From the NCBI GenBank assembly GCA_964016885.1, contig OZ024763.1, positions 30,070,001-30,134,000 on the forward strand: a stretch of DNA of 64,000 nucleotides, read 5' to 3'. This stretch comes from Eledone cirrhosa. Lineage: Eukaryota. Below, piece by piece: positions 62,901-64,000 of this stretch. The number at the start of each line of letters is the position of its first letter. Positions within the stretch are counted from its first letter, which is position 1. The notes beneath the pieces are model-generated. The model did no database searches. It had not been told where the DNA came from and saw only the letters and a list, made by a program, of their open reading frames with translations. The translations under genes and the position numbers were made by a program.

Positions 62901-64000
62901 TTTATCTACCTCGAATGGTGCTATAGTGGAACATTAACTTTGATGTACCTATATAAGTCATACCTTTTCTATACGTCTGTGTCTGTGTATGTAAGTATAC
63001 GTGGCGTTGCAAGTTCGGTTTTCATAAGTATCTCTGTGAAATTTTAACAAGAGCAAGCATGTGTCCTGATGGTTAGTCAATCGTTTTGAAGCTGGTATAT
63101 GGTATGTGTTTTTAATATGTATATATATTTACATAGAAGTGAGTAAATATGAATGTATGGGTATGTATATACATATATAGACAGTCGATTGACCATCGTC
63201 AGATCGGACCGACGAAACAATGTTTCCACTGGTTTTTCCAATTGCCAATACTATCTATCGGTCGAAACTCCAGGTGGAAATAAATAAATTAATTAATATG
63301 TGTATATATATATATATATTTATTAAAATATATATATAATAAAACAAGGACGAATGGGTACACCTTCATTACGTTTATTGGTTCGTGGCACGCGTTTCGC
63401 TATTCATCAGCTTAAGGTTCGTTCTGTATCGATCTAGCCCGCCCCTGTAATCAATAACTTGTATATATATGTGTGTGTATGTATATATGAAATCGCCCAC
63501 GGGACACCCTGGGGTAATCTAAATACACAGAGTGTGGGGTTAGCTGGTTTTAAATGATTACCCCCTCCTCATATTCCCTTGTTTATATACAGTATTGTAA
63601 TACATGGCAACCTTAATACTTAATAATATCGAGATGAAAATATAAATGTTAATACAGTATTCCAGAAGTAAAATAGAGATCTAATGAGAGGAGGTGAGTA
63701 TTATAACTTTAATAAGAAATAAAGATCTAAAGACGAGTGAAAACTTTCATCAACGAAATCGTAATGTACACCAACGAAAATATATGTCTACAGAATACAG
63801 ATTAGTAAAATAAAGTTAGAGCAAATAAATGAGAGGTCACTTAACTTTACATATTTAGTTTTATTTATATCGTGAAAAATGTTGATCTTCAGATATTAAA
63901 TTGTGGATGTGATTGTCTTTGTCTTTACGTGTTTGTTCGAAATCCTTTTTTAATCTTTGTCCTTCTTTAAACATAGTCTTTTTTTTTAAATTAATTTTAG
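59985..64000 (+). repeat. Mosaic paralogue of the central unit family
   Basis: Successively matches ~36025-36110, ~42466-43160, ~35750-36940 and ~37430-39871. The last segment is also paralogous to ~23800-25110 and ~43360-45320. Confidence 0.9.
60768..60915 (-). pseudogene. Paralogous exon E7, 3' frameshift
   Basis: FLTIFYCKWRLPRYWIITEVYWMVAFPYCIILQTG followed by a deletion and stop. Confidence 0.55.

Overview
AT-rich, repeat-dense animal DNA. The SINE families look like those of octopod cephalopods (inference from recalled repeat motifs, not a search). I recognise no complete named gene, and almost all long ORFs in the supplied track are translations of low-complexity repeats. There are three layers of structure. 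(1) A ~47 kb segmental duplication: position 1 corresponds to 47010. (2) At ~3.1-22.6 kb and ~50.1-60.0 kb, a higher-order repeat in 6+4 copies, each made of a 24/29/31-bp minisatellite, a ~440-bp spacer with two splice-site-bounded exon-like segments around a truncated SINE, and a CT-rich polypyrimidine satellite. (3) At ~22.6-46 kb and ~60-64 kb, a rearranged tandem family of 3.5-6 kb units. Each unit carries a minus-strand exon with a strong synonymous-substitution signature (consensus FLTIFYCKWRLRRxWIITKVYWMMAFPYCIILQTVDI...IPGINI), an ~800-bp diverged palindrome whose core is a convergent pair of tRNA-like A/B-box units with a shared upstream TATA block, a GATA-GATA-CArG-TATA Pol II promoter-like module, and a decayed CR1/L2 LINE piece. 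RTE LINE, Penelope-like, SINE and MITE remnants are interspersed.
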